NCBI GenBank assembly: GCA_017396825.1 | Contig: JAFQKR010000077.1 | Coordinates: 24,012-88,011, forward strand | Length of the DNA stretch: 64,000 nt | Direction of reading: 5' to 3' | From: Clostridia bacterium | GTDB lineage: Bacteria > Bacillota > Clostridia > Oscillospirales > CAG-382 | Translations under genes and position numbers: made by a program | The notes under the pieces: model-generated | What the model saw: the letters and a program-made list of their open reading frames with translations, nothing else | The model's database searches: none | What the model was told of the DNA's origin: nothing | Shown: positions 37,443-47,459 of the stretch, in pieces | How positions within the stretch are numbered: position 1 is the stretch's first letter | Layout of the letters: each line of letters starts with the position of its first letter

Positions 37443-37471
37443 TTGACAAGAAAGAGCGTCGGTGCTATAAT
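37443..37471 (+). promoter_or_regulatory. Perfect-consensus sigma-A promoter
   Basis: TTGACA, 17 nt, TATAAT with an extended TGC. The -10 ends 8 nt before the ATG at 37480. Confidence 0.65.
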
Positions 37472-37479
37472 TTTTCAGG

Positions 37480-38319
37480 ATGCTTCATATAACGATGAAA
37501 GGAGGTGCAAGGGAGATTTTACGATTGTTCGGCAAGGGCGTTGCCGACGTTAAAACTACGCCCACACCTATTCGTACCGGCAAAGAAGGCTTACCATCTG
37601 CGGTGGTTTTTGTGGATTACGAGCACTGGTACATTTCACTTAATAACAACTACGGCATAAGACCTAATATAAAAGCGTGGTTTGAGGATCTTCAAAAGCG
37701 TGTCAACGTAAAAGAGGTTTTGTTTTTTGCAGACTTTTCACACAAAAACCTTGCGGAGGAAATCGGGCGTATAAGGCCCTTTACCAATAAGATTATAGAC
37801 ACCAGAAGCCCCACCGGTACACAGAAGGATTTTACTGACTTTATTATTCTTGACAACATTTATCAAAAGGCTTTGATGGCAGACGATACAGAAGCATTCA
37901 TTTTGTTTTCCGGAGACGGTCATTTCAGTTCGGTAACTTCGTTTTTAAAAAACATCTACGGCAAAGAGGTTGGCATTTACGCCATTAAAGGGTGTTTTTC
38001 CCGTCAATTACAGGAAACGTCCACTTGGTACGTTTCACTCCCAAACGAGGAGGACATTTACGGACTGTATTACCAGAAAATATTTGAGTATCTGAAAAGC
38101 GAGGAAAACAAGAAAAATAAAAGCCTGCCTACCTACGGAAAATGCGCCGAAGCATTATCAAAAAACAAGCGGCTTGAAAGAAAGAAAATATTTGCCGCCT
38201 TGGATAAACTTATTTACGATGGCGTTTTATCCAAGAGAAGCATAAATGGTCAAGGCATCTCCGCCAAGGACGCCTTGTTCGTAGATTGGGAACTTGCGAT
38301 CAAAAAAGAGCTTCTATAA
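37480..38319 (+). CDS. NYN (LabA-like) domain protein with a C-terminal helical extension
   Basis: VVFVDYEHW, KDFTDFIILD, FILFSGDGHFSSV and GKEVGIYAIKG match the NYN/LabA pattern. The start codon is uncertain (37480, 37495 or later). Confidence 0.65.
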   Translation: MLHITMKGGAREILRLFGKGVADVKTTPTPIRTGKEGLPSAVVFVDYEHWYISLNNNYGIRPNIKAWFEDLQKRVNVKEVLFFADFSHKNLAEEIGRIRPFTNKIIDTRSPTGTQKDFTDFIILDNIYQKALMADDTEAFILFSGDGHFSSVTSFLKNIYGKEVGIYAIKGCFSRQLQETSTWYVSLPNEEDIYGLYYQKIFEYLKSEENKKNKSLPTYGKCAEALSKNKRLERKKIFAALDKLIYDGVLSKRSINGQGISAKDALFVDWELAIKKELL

Positions 38320-38425
38320 AGGATTTGTCAACGTTTATACGCAAAAATGTACATTTTTTTCTTAAACACTATTGCTTTTGCATTTTTTTGTGGTATAATA
38401 CTTACAAGATGATAGTATAGTATAA

Positions 38426-38460
38426 GAGTGAGCATTGTAAAATGCTCGCTCTTTTGATTT
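38426..38460 (+). terminator. Intrinsic terminator-like hairpin in the rimP-nusA-infB leader (candidate attenuator)
   Basis: GAGTGAGCAT / ATGCTCGCTC 10-bp stem with one G-U pair and a TGTAAA loop, then TTTTGATTT. It lies 25 nt upstream of the rimP ATG. Confidence 0.5.
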
Positions 38461-38484
38461 GCTTTTGTTTAGTGAGGTGTATTT

Positions 38485-38964
38485 ATGGCAAAAAACATCC
38501 CTAAAAACATCCCTGCCGAGGTTGAGGCATTGATTAAAACCACCGTAGAAAGCGCGGGGATCACCCTTTGGAACGTGGAGCTGGAAAAGGAGGGCAGCGG
38601 CCTTAACCTTCTTGTTACCATTGATAAGGATGACGGTATTACTATAAACGACTGTGCTGAAATCACACGTCTTATCGACCCCATGCTTGACGAGGCAGAC
38701 CCAATACCAACCTCCTACTGTCTTGAGGTGTCAAGTGTTGGAACGGAGAGGGCGCTGAGAAGGGCCGAGCACTACGACTATGCGATACGCACTGCCCTTC
38801 CATGCAATATTAAGTTTTTTGCCCCCATTGACGGCGTTAAGGAGCTTTGCGGTATCCTTAAGGCTTACGACGATCAAAGCTACACCTTTGAAATAGGCGG
38901 CGAAGAAAAGGTCTTTCCAAAGAAAATCATTGCTAAGCTTTATATACTCCATCAGGTTGACTAG
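38485..38964 (+). CDS. rimP: Ribosome maturation factor RimP
   Basis: 159 aa, positioned upstream of nusA. It has the LEVSSVGTERALR (SPG..RpL-like) motif. Confidence 0.9.
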   Translation: MAKNIPKNIPAEVEALIKTTVESAGITLWNVELEKEGSGLNLLVTIDKDDGITINDCAEITRLIDPMLDEADPIPTSYCLEVSSVGTERALRRAEHYDYAIRTALPCNIKFFAPIDGVKELCGILKAYDDQSYTFEIGGEEKVFPKKIIAKLYILHQVD

Positions 38965-39000
38965 TTAAAAATACACTTAAAATATAACGAGGATACGAAA

Positions 39001-40173
39001 ATGAACAAAGAGTTGTTTGAAGCCCTTGAGGCTCTTGAAAAAGAAAAAGGCATATCAGTAGATTACATGCTTGAAAAGATTGAAGCCGCTATGCTTTCTG
39101 CGTACAAGTCCTCCTATAAGCGTGACGGCTCCCCTGCCGACAATCGCGGCAGACGTGACTTCGCTTCCACCGATCCCCGCGCCAAGCGTGAGGCGACCGG
39201 TCCCGAAAATGTTAGAATCAAGCTTGACCGCGAAAAGAAAGAAATGCGTCTTTACCGTCAACTTACGGTTGTAGAGGTAGTAGAAGACGACAAGACTCAG
39301 ATTTCCCTTGAGGATGCTCAGGCTAAGTCCAAAAAGTATAAGCTTGATGACATATTTGAAATAGAAATGAACCCCAAGAATTTTGGCCGTATTTCCGCTC
39401 AGGCCGGCAAGCAGGTTATTATTCAGGCCATCAGAGAAGCAGAGCGTGGAATGATGATCCGTGAATACGATGAAAGAAAAGAAGATATCGTTTCTGCAAT
39501 CGTTTCCCGCGTTGATCCTACTTCCGGAAACGCTACCCTTGAAATAGGTAAGAACGAGATGGTTCTTTATAAGCGCGAGCAGATAGCAGAAGAAACCCTT
39601 CAGGTAGGTGACCGCATAAAGGTATTCATTACTGAAATACGCAAGGAAACGCACGGTCCTTCTATTATCCTTTCACGTATCCATCCCGGTCTTGTTCAGC
39701 GTTTATTCGAGCTTGAGGTGCCTGAAATTAAAGACGGCACAGTAGTTATAAATGCTATCGCTCGCGAAGCAGGCAACAGAACAAAGGTTGCTGTTAGTTC
39801 TACCAACCCCGAGGTTGACCCCATCGGTGCTTGCATAGGTCCTAAGGGTGCCCGTAAAAACGCTATATCCGCTGAGCTTGGCAACGAAAAGATAGATATT
39901 ATCAAGTACAGTGACGATCCTATTAGCTTCATCAGCGCGGCTCTCGCTCCTGCTACGGTGCTTTCCGTAGTTAAGACCCCCGAGGGTGACAATACCTATC
40001 GCGTTATCGTTAACGACGACCAACTTTCCTTGGCTATCGGTAGGAAGGGTCAAAACGCAAGACTTGCTGCTAAGCTTACCGGTTGCAAGATAGACATAAA
40101 GAGTGCAAACACCCTTGAAGCGGAATACGCAGAAGACAACGAAGGCTACAACGAAGAGAAAGCTGCTGAATAG
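39001..40173 (+). CDS. nusA: Transcription termination/antitermination factor NusA, with an NTD insertion
   Basis: NTD, S1 domain and two KH domains (GPKGARKNAISAELGNEKIDI, GRKGQNARLAAKLTGCKIDIKS). Confidence 0.95.
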   Translation: MNKELFEALEALEKEKGISVDYMLEKIEAAMLSAYKSSYKRDGSPADNRGRRDFASTDPRAKREATGPENVRIKLDREKKEMRLYRQLTVVEVVEDDKTQISLEDAQAKSKKYKLDDIFEIEMNPKNFGRISAQAGKQVIIQAIREAERGMMIREYDERKEDIVSAIVSRVDPTSGNATLEIGKNEMVLYKREQIAEETLQVGDRIKVFITEIRKETHGPSIILSRIHPGLVQRLFELEVPEIKDGTVVINAIAREAGNRTKVAVSSTNPEVDPIGACIGPKGARKNAISAELGNEKIDIIKYSDDPISFISAALAPATVLSVVKTPEGDNTYRVIVNDDQLSLAIGRKGQNARLAAKLTGCKIDIKSANTLEAEYAEDNEGYNEEKAAE

Positions 40174-40233
40174 TATTCCGGCAGCGTAGGCATAGTAACG
40201 CAATTCTTGGCTGCAATGTAGAAAGGGGTTTAT

Positions 40234-40512
40234 ATGACTGACATAAAAAAGCATATACCCAACAGAAAATGCATAGGTTGCCGCTGTTCTAAGCCAAAAG
40301 GCCAACTGATACGTATAGTAAAATACAACGGCAATGTTTTTGTTGATAAGACGGGTAAATCTGACGGCAGAGGTGCTTACTTCTGCGGAAGTGCTGTTTG
40401 CCTGAAAACCGCTATAAAAAGCCGTAGACTTGAAAAAGCGTTTCGTATGCAGATCCCAGCAGAAATTTACAACACTTTAGAAGAGCTTTCGTCTAATATG
40501 GAGGTGCAATGA
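40234..40512 (+). CDS. ylxR: YlxR/RnpM family (DUF448) RNA-binding protein
   Basis: RKCIGCRCSKPKGQLIRIV...DGRGAYFC motif. It sits between nusA and infB. Confidence 0.85.
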   Translation: MTDIKKHIPNRKCIGCRCSKPKGQLIRIVKYNGNVFVDKTGKSDGRGAYFCGSAVCLKTAIKSRRLEKAFRMQIPAEIYNTLEELSSNMEVQ

Positions 40513-40515
40513 TAT

Positions 40516-42849
40516 ATGGCTACAATGGAAAAATATAGAATCAACAGTCTTGCAAAAGACCTTAATGTTAAAAATAAAGATTTGGTTCAACTATTAAGCG
40601 ATCACGGTATGCCCAGAAGAAGTTCTATGTCTGTTTTGGAGGAGCCGGAACTTAGTTTGATATTTGAACACGTTACACAAAGCAATCAGACTGACCTGAC
40701 CGCTTATTTTAAGTATTACGACGATAAAAAGGCGGCTAAAAAAGCAGAAGAGGCAAAGAAGCAGGCAGCCGTGTCCCCTGCAGAAAAGGTAGATGCTGCC
40801 AAGCAAGACGCTTCCGCTTCTCAGCAAAAGCCTGCCGCAAAGAAGGGCGCCGCTCCCGTTAAGAAAAAGGACAAAACTCAGGTTCGCCACGTTGATACTC
40901 GTGGTGGTGCTTCCGTTGACCTTTCAAAGTACGATGACAACCTTGATAAATATGACACCCGTACCGATAAAGACGGTAAGGGCGTTCAGCGCATGAAAAA
41001 GAAAGGCGCTAATACACGCCCAGGTGAAGGATTTAAAAACGGCAAGCCTGAACAAGGCAAACAGCAGAACCAAAAGAAAGCTCCCTTTAAGCCTAAGCCT
41101 GTTAAGCTTTCTATAACCGTTCCGGATGAAATTACGGTTTCCGAGCTTGCTTCCCGCATGAAGACCGCAGTAGCCGAGGTTATCAAACGTCTCATGAAGA
41201 TGGGCGTTATGGCTACAGTTAACCAAAGCATAGACTTTGATACCGCTTTCCTCCTTTGTGACGAAATGGGTATTGACGTTACCAAGGAAGTAGTTGTTAC
41301 CATAGAAGAGCGTCTGTTCGACGAAAGTGTGGATACAGAGGATATGCTCGTTCACAGAGCACCCGTTGTAGTTGTTATGGGTCACGTTGACCATGGTAAG
41401 ACTTCCCTTCTCGACGCTATACGTAATACCAGCGTTACCTCCGGTGAAGCCGGCGGTATTACTCAGCACATAGGCGCTTACAGCGTTACCGCAAACGGCG
41501 AAAACATTACTTTTCTTGACACCCCCGGTCACGCCGCGTTCACCGCTATGCGTGCAAGAGGTGCCAACATTACCGATATTGCAGTACTCGTTGTTGCCGC
41601 TGACGACGGTATTATGCCCCAGACCATTGAGGCTATAAACCACGCCAAAGCCGCAGGTGTATCCATCGTTGTTGCAATCAACAAAATGGATAAGCCGACC
41701 GCTAATCCCGACAACGTTAAGAACAATCTTGTGCAATACGACCTTGTTCCGGAGGAATGGGGCGGCGACGTTATTTGCGTTCCCGTTTCTGCTCTTAAGC
41801 ATCAAGGTATTGACGAACTTTTGGAAATGATCCTCCTTACCGCTGAGGTAATGGATCTTAAGGCTAACCCCAACAGAGCCGCAAAGGGCGTTGTTGTTGA
41901 GGCAAGACTTGATAAAGGCCGCGGTACCGTAGCAACTATACTCGTTCAGAATGGTACCCTTAAGATGGGTGACATCGTTATTGCAGGCACATCCGTTGGA
42001 CGTGTGAGAGTTATGCTTAACGATAAGGGTCAGCGCATTACAGAAGCAGGTCCCTCTTGCCCTGTTGAGATCACCGGTCTTTCCGAGGTTCCTGAAGCGG
42101 GTGACGTTATTTACGCCGTTAAAGACGAAAAGATGGCTCGTGAGCTTGTTGAAAAGCGTAAGCAGGAAAAGAAAGAAGCTGAATTCTCCCGCAATGCCAA
42201 GGTTAACCTTGACGACCTGTTCAGCCAGATCAGCGAAGGCTTTAAGGAACTTAACATTATAGTTAAGGCTGACGTTCAGGGTTCTGCTGAAGCCGTTAAG
42301 GCAAGTCTTGAAAAACTTTCCAACGAGGAAGTTAAGGTTAGAGTTATACACGCAGGCGTTGGCGGTATCAGTGACAACGACGTTATGCTTGCTGACGCAT
42401 CAAACGCGATAATAATCGGCTTTAACATAAGACCCGATAAATCCGCTCTGTCTTCGGCTGAAGAAAAGCATGTTGATATCAGAACATACCGTGTAATTTA
42501 CGAATGTCTGGAAGAAATAGAAGCCGCAATGAAGGGTATGCTTGCACCTAAGTACAAAGAGGTTATTCTCGGTCGTGCAGAGGTTAGACAAACCATTCAC
42601 GTTCCCAACATCGGTACCATTGCAGGCTCCTACGTTCAGGACGGTAAGATAACCCGCAACTCTTCTATCCGCGTTGTAAGAGACAGCGTTGTTATCTTTG
42701 AAGACAAAATCTCCTCCCTTAAGCGCTTTAAAGACGACGTACGCGAGGTTGCTCAGTCTTACGAGTGCGGTATCGGTCTTGAAAAGTTTAACGATATCAA
42801 GATTGGTGACATACTTGAAGCCTTTATTATGGAGGAAATCAAAGCATAA
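40516..42849 (+). CDS. infB: Translation initiation factor IF-2
   Basis: Lys/Ala-rich N-region, GTPase motifs [17 protein letters not shown] and NKMD, and the C-terminal domains. Confidence 0.95.
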   Translation: MATMEKYRINSLAKDLNVKNKDLVQLLSDHGMPRRSSMSVLEEPELSLIFEHVTQSNQTDLTAYFKYYDDKKAAKKAEEAKKQAAVSPAEKVDAAKQDASASQQKPAAKKGAAPVKKKDKTQVRHVDTRGGASVDLSKYDDNLDKYDTRTDKDGKGVQRMKKKGANTRPGEGFKNGKPEQGKQQNQKKAPFKPKPVKLSITVPDEITVSELASRMKTAVAEVIKRLMKMGVMATVNQSIDFDTAFLLCDEMGIDVTKEVVVTIEERLFDESVDTEDMLVHRAPVVVVMGHVDHGKTSLLDAIRNTSVTSGEAGGITQHIGAYSVTANGENITFLDTPGHAAFTAMRARGANITDIAVLVVAADDGIMPQTIEAINHAKAAGVSIVVAINKMDKPTANPDNVKNNLVQYDLVPEEWGGDVICVPVSALKHQGIDELLEMILLTAEVMDLKANPNRAAKGVVVEARLDKGRGTVATILVQNGTLKMGDIVIAGTSVGRVRVMLNDKGQRITEAGPSCPVEITGLSEVPEAGDVIYAVKDEKMARELVEKRKQEKKEAEFSRNAKVNLDDLFSQISEGFKELNIIVKADVQGSAEAVKASLEKLSNEEVKVRVIHAGVGGISDNDVMLADASNAIIIGFNIRPDKSALSSAEEKHVDIRTYRVIYECLEEIEAAMKGMLAPKYKEVILGRAEVRQTIHVPNIGTIAGSYVQDGKITRNSSIRVVRDSVVIFEDKISSLKRFKDDVREVAQSYECGIGLEKFNDIKIGDILEAFIMEEIKA

Positions 42850-42861
42850 GAAGGTATATTA

Positions 42862-43230
42862 ATGGCACACAGAATTGACAGAATTAACGAAAGTGTTGCA
42901 AGAGAACTTACTGAAATTCTTAGAAACGTTAAGGATCCAAGGGTTTCCGGTGCTTTTATCAGTATAACGGGCGTTGACGTTTCTGCCGACCTTTCCTTTG
43001 CAAAGGTTCATTACAGTGTACTGGGACAAAGCGACCCTCATTTGGAAAAAGGGCTTGTATCTGCCAGCGGATACATCAGAGGCGAGCTTGCCGCAAGGCT
43101 TAATATGCGCGTTACACCAAAACTGACCTTCATCAAGGATGACACTGCCGAAAGAGCAATGAAGATATCAGGTATTTTACGCAACACTACCTATTCTACC
43201 CTACCGAGCGGCGGAGAGGATGAAGAATAA
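42862..43230 (+). CDS. rbfA: Ribosome-binding factor A
   Basis: RINESVARELTEILRN...KDPR..., in the conserved position after infB. Confidence 0.9.
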   Translation: MAHRIDRINESVARELTEILRNVKDPRVSGAFISITGVDVSADLSFAKVHYSVLGQSDPHLEKGLVSASGYIRGELAARLNMRVTPKLTFIKDDTAERAMKISGILRNTTYSTLPSGGEDEE

Positions 43231-44186
43231 TGAACAGCATTAGTTATAAAGAGGCTGCCGCGTTCCTAAAAGAGCGCGACGGCTTCGTCGTTTTTACCCA
43301 CGCAAATCCCGACGGAGATACTATTGGCTCTGCGGCTGCGTTAGTTCGCATCTTGCGTAGCTTAGGTAAAAGGGCGGTTGCTGTTTGCGCTGACCCTATA
43401 CCTCAAAAGCTTTCTTTTATGGACTCTGATGGAATTTTCACAACGGAATTGCCAAAGGATATTGACACCCCGATAAGTGTCGACGTTGCCTCCAAGGCTG
43501 TTCTTGGCGCTTTTGGAGCCTTTTGTGACAACCAAAGTTTTGAGCTTACCATCGACCACCATAAGATAAATTCACTTCCCTGCAAGCGTTTATTGGTAAG
43601 AGATAACTATATAGCAAACGGCGAAATTATTTATGAGCTTGCTTTGGAATTAGGCGCAGATATCGACAAGGATACTGCTACCGCCTTATACGCCGCAATT
43701 TGTTCGGATAGCGGCGGCTTTCGTTATGCAAACACAAGAGCTGAAACCTACGAGTATGCCGCTGAATTTATTCGCAAAGGCGTTGATTTTGTTCTTATTA
43801 ATAAGCTTTTGTTTGAACGCAAAAGTCCAAAGCAAATCGACCTTGAGCGTGTTGCATACAATACCTTAAGCTTACATTATAACGGTAAGCTTGCTGTGGT
43901 TGCTATCGACGAGGACACCGCAACGTCTCTCGGTGTGGCCGACAGCGATTACGACGTGCTTAATCAGATACCGCGCCAAATTTCAGGTGTTGAGGTTTCT
44001 GCCGTTCTCCGCCCACGAGATGGCGCAACAAAGGTTTCACTGCGTTCCAACGAGTATTTTGACGTAGCTGAGTTTGCCAAGCGTTACGGTGGAGGCGGAC
44101 ATATTCACGCTGCAGGATACCGTTTTGAAGGTCGTGTAAAGGATGCGGCAAGTAACTTGATCAATGATATGGACGGTGCTTTTTGA
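43230..44186 (+). CDS. nrnA: DHH/DHHA1 phosphoesterase (NrnA-type oligoribonuclease/pAp phosphatase)
   Basis: HANPDGDTIGSAAAL, TIDHH and GGGGHIHAAG motifs. Confidence 0.8.
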   Translation: MNSISYKEAAAFLKERDGFVVFTHANPDGDTIGSAAALVRILRSLGKRAVAVCADPIPQKLSFMDSDGIFTTELPKDIDTPISVDVASKAVLGAFGAFCDNQSFELTIDHHKINSLPCKRLLVRDNYIANGEIIYELALELGADIDKDTATALYAAICSDSGGFRYANTRAETYEYAAEFIRKGVDFVLINKLLFERKSPKQIDLERVAYNTLSLHYNGKLAVVAIDEDTATSLGVADSDYDVLNQIPRQISGVEVSAVLRPRDGATKVSLRSNEYFDVAEFAKRYGGGGHIHAAGYRFEGRVKDAASNLINDMDGAF

Positions 44187-45097
44187 CAATGGAAGCAAGT
44201 GGAATATTGATTGTAAATAAACCAGCCGGTCTTAGCAGTCACGGTGTTGTTAACCGTATAAGACGAATTTTCGGAACTAAGACTGTTGGTCACTGTGGCA
44301 CGTTAGATCCTATGGCTACGGGTGTTTTGCCAATACTGGTGGGAAGGGCCGTTAAGGCTTCAGAATTCTTAAAAGACCATGATAAAGCATACCTTGCAAG
44401 TGTTGAGCTTGGCATAACAACTGATAGTTTTGATACAACCGGCAACGTGCTTACTCGTTTTGACGGCGAACTACCCGCTTTTTCAGATTTTAAAGCGGTT
44501 GCAAAATCCTTTGAGGGGACTTTTATGCAAATGCCGCCCATGTATTCCGCTTTAAAGGTAGGCGGAATAAAGCTTGTAAACCTTGCAAGGCAAGGCATAG
44601 AGGTCGAGCGCACGCCAAGAGAAGTTACGATAAGAAACCTTACTCCATTTGAGAAGGATGGTAAATTATTTATTGACGTAGACTGCTCAAAGGGGACCTA
44701 CATAAGAACTCTTTGTTACGATATAGGTGAAAGGCTTGGGTGCGGCGCTGCTATGTCCTCACTATGCAGGACAAGAGTTGGTGAGTTTGATATCAAGAAC
44801 TCTCATACAATAGAGGAGCTTGCTTCCATGAGCGAAGAGGAGCTTATCGCCTGTCTTATCCCTATCGACACCCTTTTTATGGACCTTCCACGTATATTTT
44901 TACCAAAGTTCTATGCAGGGCTTTATAAAAACGGCTGTGAGATTTATTTTAAAAAGTTAAGGCCGGCCGGTATTGACAGAAACGCTGTCGGAGTGCTTTA
45001 CCGCGTTTACGGCGAGGATGGTTTTATAGCATTAGGCGAAAGCGCCGAATACGCAAAGGGCGTTGCCTTAAAAGCAAGAAAGATGTTTTTCAACTAA
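44183..45097 (+). CDS. truB: tRNA pseudouridine(55) synthase
   Basis: GILIVNKPAGLSSH and GHCGTLDPMATGVLPILVG catalytic Asp motif. Confidence 0.9.
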   Translation: MTMEASGILIVNKPAGLSSHGVVNRIRRIFGTKTVGHCGTLDPMATGVLPILVGRAVKASEFLKDHDKAYLASVELGITTDSFDTTGNVLTRFDGELPAFSDFKAVAKSFEGTFMQMPPMYSALKVGGIKLVNLARQGIEVERTPREVTIRNLTPFEKDGKLFIDVDCSKGTYIRTLCYDIGERLGCGAAMSSLCRTRVGEFDIKNSHTIEELASMSEEELIACLIPIDTLFMDLPRIFLPKFYAGLYKNGCEIYFKKLRPAGIDRNAVGVLYRVYGEDGFIALGESAEYAKGVALKARKMFFN

Positions 45098-45110
45098 TAA
45101 TTAGGTTTTG

Positions 45111-45146
45111 CGTGTTGTAAGGTTTATCTTTGCAACACGTTTTTTC
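45111..45146 (+). terminator. Intrinsic terminator after truB
   Basis: CGTGTTG ... CAACACG stem followed by TTTTTT. Confidence 0.55.
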
Positions 45147-45204
45147 ATATTTATTTAATAAATCTAATTTATACTTTAGATATATTTACGTAGGAGTGGT
45201 AACT

Positions 45205-45873
45205 GTGAGAATACTTATTGCTGACGATGAACGAGATCTTTGCGATGTTATTGCAAAGCGACTGAGCATGGAGGGGTTTTCCGTTGACTGTTGCTACAAC
45301 GGCGATGAGGCTATGGATTATCTGCGTTTCGCAGAATATGATGCGATAGTTTTGGATATAATGATGCCCAAAGTTACGGGGCTTGAACTGCTGACTTGGA
45401 TACGTGCAAAAAACAACCCCGTTCCGGTTTTAATTCTTACGGCAAAGGATACGGTTTCCGATCGTGTTGTAGGTCTTAATTCAGGTGCAGACGACTATCT
45501 TATAAAACCTTTTTCCCTTGACGAGCTTGTGGCAAGGATTTACGCCATCACAAGAAGAAAAAGCGGTATAGTTACCAACATACTAAACGTTGGTGACCTT
45601 GCCATGAATTTAAACACTCATACTGTTACCCGTGGCGGAAAGACTATTTCCCTATCCTCAAAGGAATTCTCAATACTTGAATACCTAGTCAAAAACAAGG
45701 GAAACGTTTTGTCAAGGGAAAAAATCGAACAGCATATTTGGAATTACGATTACGAAGGCGGAAGTAACGTTATTGATGTTTATATAAGTTATCTCCGTAA
45801 AAAAATTGACGGTGATTTTGAGACCAAGCTCATTCATACTATTCGCGGGGTTGGTTACATAATAAAGGAATAA
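45205..45873 (+). CDS. OmpR-family response regulator
   Basis: GTG start with AGGAG 7 nt upstream. Receiver motifs ILIADDE, DAIVLDIMMP, LTAK and ADDYLIKPF, plus a winged-helix C-terminus ending TIRGVGY. Confidence 0.85.
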   Translation: MRILIADDERDLCDVIAKRLSMEGFSVDCCYNGDEAMDYLRFAEYDAIVLDIMMPKVTGLELLTWIRAKNNPVPVLILTAKDTVSDRVVGLNSGADDYLIKPFSLDELVARIYAITRRKSGIVTNILNVGDLAMNLNTHTVTRGGKTISLSSKEFSILEYLVKNKGNVLSREKIEQHIWNYDYEGGSNVIDVYISYLRKKIDGDFETKLIHTIRGVGYIIKE

Positions 45874-45875
45874 AA

Positions 45876-47342
45876 ATGAAACGCTTATCAATAAAGTTAA
45901 AAATAACGCTTTATTTCACTGTGATAATGACTGTTTTGGCAGGAATACTGCTTTTTTATACCACCACGATTTCAAAAAGCGTTGTAAGAAACGAGCTTTA
46001 TGAAACAGCGAGAGTTAGTGTGATGAAGCTTTGTGATTCAGCCCGTTACAAAAGTCCTAAGTTTGAAGAAAATGTTCCCCCTCTGGGACAAAGCAAGCCT
46101 GAGAACGGAAAAAGGCCGCCAAGCACAACGGATAAACCGGAAGGGGCTGAATTTACTGTAGATGAAAATGCAAAGTTTACAGACGGTGACGTATTTCTTT
46201 GCATTTACGCAATAGACAAAGAATCAGATACGCCAAGTGTTTACGGTGCTTTGCCTGAGGGAGTAAGTTTTGACGTTTCAACCGCAAAAAACGAACAAAA
46301 AACAACGCTATCCTCCGGAACAGAAAAGTACTATGTTTACGTTAAGCAGATTCGCAATCCGGGCAACAAGGATGAGTGTGCTTGGATAGTGGGTGCTATT
46401 GATGCAACTATCAGCTCCTCATTTACTAAAGGCACATTAAGACTTGCCTCCCTTGCAGTTCCTTTTATCATACTTTTTGCGGCTTTGTTAGGATACGCCA
46501 TTACAAAACGCGCTTTCCGCCCCGTTTCCGACATAACCAAGGCAGCAGCGGAAATTGCAGGCAGCAACGATCTTAGCCGACGAATCAATCTGGAAGGAAA
46601 CGGCAAAGACGAAATAAGTAACCTTGCCAACACATTTGACGGCATGTTGGACACCATACAGAATAATTACGACAGAGAAAAGCAGTTTACAGACGACGCT
46701 TCTCACGAGCTTCGAACCCCGGTTGCGGTTATATTGGCACAAAGCGACCTTGCTCTTAGCCCTAACGCCACCGACGAGGATATGCGTGAAGCAATGTCTA
46801 TCATCAACAAGCAAAGTCTTAAAATGAAAAAGCTCCTATCAGAACTGTTGACCCTTGCAAGGTCAGACAATAATAAAACAGTATTAGAAAAAGAAGCTTT
46901 TGACCTCGTGGAGTTAGCTGAGATGGTCATTGAAGAGGAAACCTATATTTCCGAAAGGAAAAATATAGAAATAACTCTCGTTTCAAGGACACCCGTAGAA
47001 ATCTTCGCCGACAAAACAGCTATTATGAGGGTTCTTATCAACTTTATAAACAACGCAATTAAATATGGCAAGGAGGGCGGATTTATTGAAGTTAATATTG
47101 AACGTTATGAGGAAAACAAAGCAAGGTGCACTGTTAAAGACAACGGTATAGGTATTTCCGAAAACGACCTTCCAAAGATTTGGGATAGGTTTTTCCGCGC
47201 CGATAAATCCAGAACCGACGACGGGCACAGCAGTACAGGCTTGGGACTCCCTATGGCTAAAAGCATCATTGAAGCCCATGGGGGTACGGTCAATGCAAAA
47301 AGCGTTTTAGGCGAAGGTTCAGTTTTTGAATTTATAATTTAA
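45876..47342 (+). CDS. Sensor histidine kinase (TM, ~170-aa extracytoplasmic domain, TM, HAMP, HisKA, HATPase)
   Basis: H-box FTDDASHELRTP, N-box NNAIKY and G-boxes DNGIGI / GLGLPM. Confidence 0.85.
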   Translation: MKRLSIKLKITLYFTVIMTVLAGILLFYTTTISKSVVRNELYETARVSVMKLCDSARYKSPKFEENVPPLGQSKPENGKRPPSTTDKPEGAEFTVDENAKFTDGDVFLCIYAIDKESDTPSVYGALPEGVSFDVSTAKNEQKTTLSSGTEKYYVYVKQIRNPGNKDECAWIVGAIDATISSSFTKGTLRLASLAVPFIILFAALLGYAITKRAFRPVSDITKAAAEIAGSNDLSRRINLEGNGKDEISNLANTFDGMLDTIQNNYDREKQFTDDASHELRTPVAVILAQSDLALSPNATDEDMREAMSIINKQSLKMKKLLSELLTLARSDNNKTVLEKEAFDLVELAEMVIEEETYISERKNIEITLVSRTPVEIFADKTAIMRVLINFINNAIKYGKEGGFIEVNIERYEENKARCTVKDNGIGISENDLPKIWDRFFRADKSRTDDGHSSTGLGLPMAKSIIEAHGGTVNAKSVLGEGSVFEFII

Positions 47343-47350
47343 AGCATTTA

Positions 47351-47384
47351 AAAGCATGAAACTTAAAAGTTTCATGCTTTTTCC
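47351..47384 (+). terminator. Intrinsic terminator
   Basis: AAAGCATGAAAC / GTTTCATGCTTT 12-bp stem plus a T-run. Confidence 0.7.
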
Positions 47385-47459
47385 TTTTCCTTGAGATTGA
47401 CAAGAAAAATCTATGGTGATATAATCATAATTTGTAAAATCCATTAAGGGGTGATACTG

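Noticed and set aside
38491-38514. A perfect 12-bp tandem duplication AAAAACATCCCT x2 at the rimP 5' end, encoding KNIPKNIP.
   Set aside because: It is real in the sequence and in frame, but it sits in the unconserved N-terminal tail of RimP. It is probably a neutral slippage duplication, noted only as a possible strain marker.
39055-42351. Long minus-strand ORFs (199, 200 and 475 aa) antisense to nusA and infB.
   Set aside because: This is the same artefact. infB and nusA are strongly supported on the plus strand, and no RBS or start signals exist for the antisense frames.
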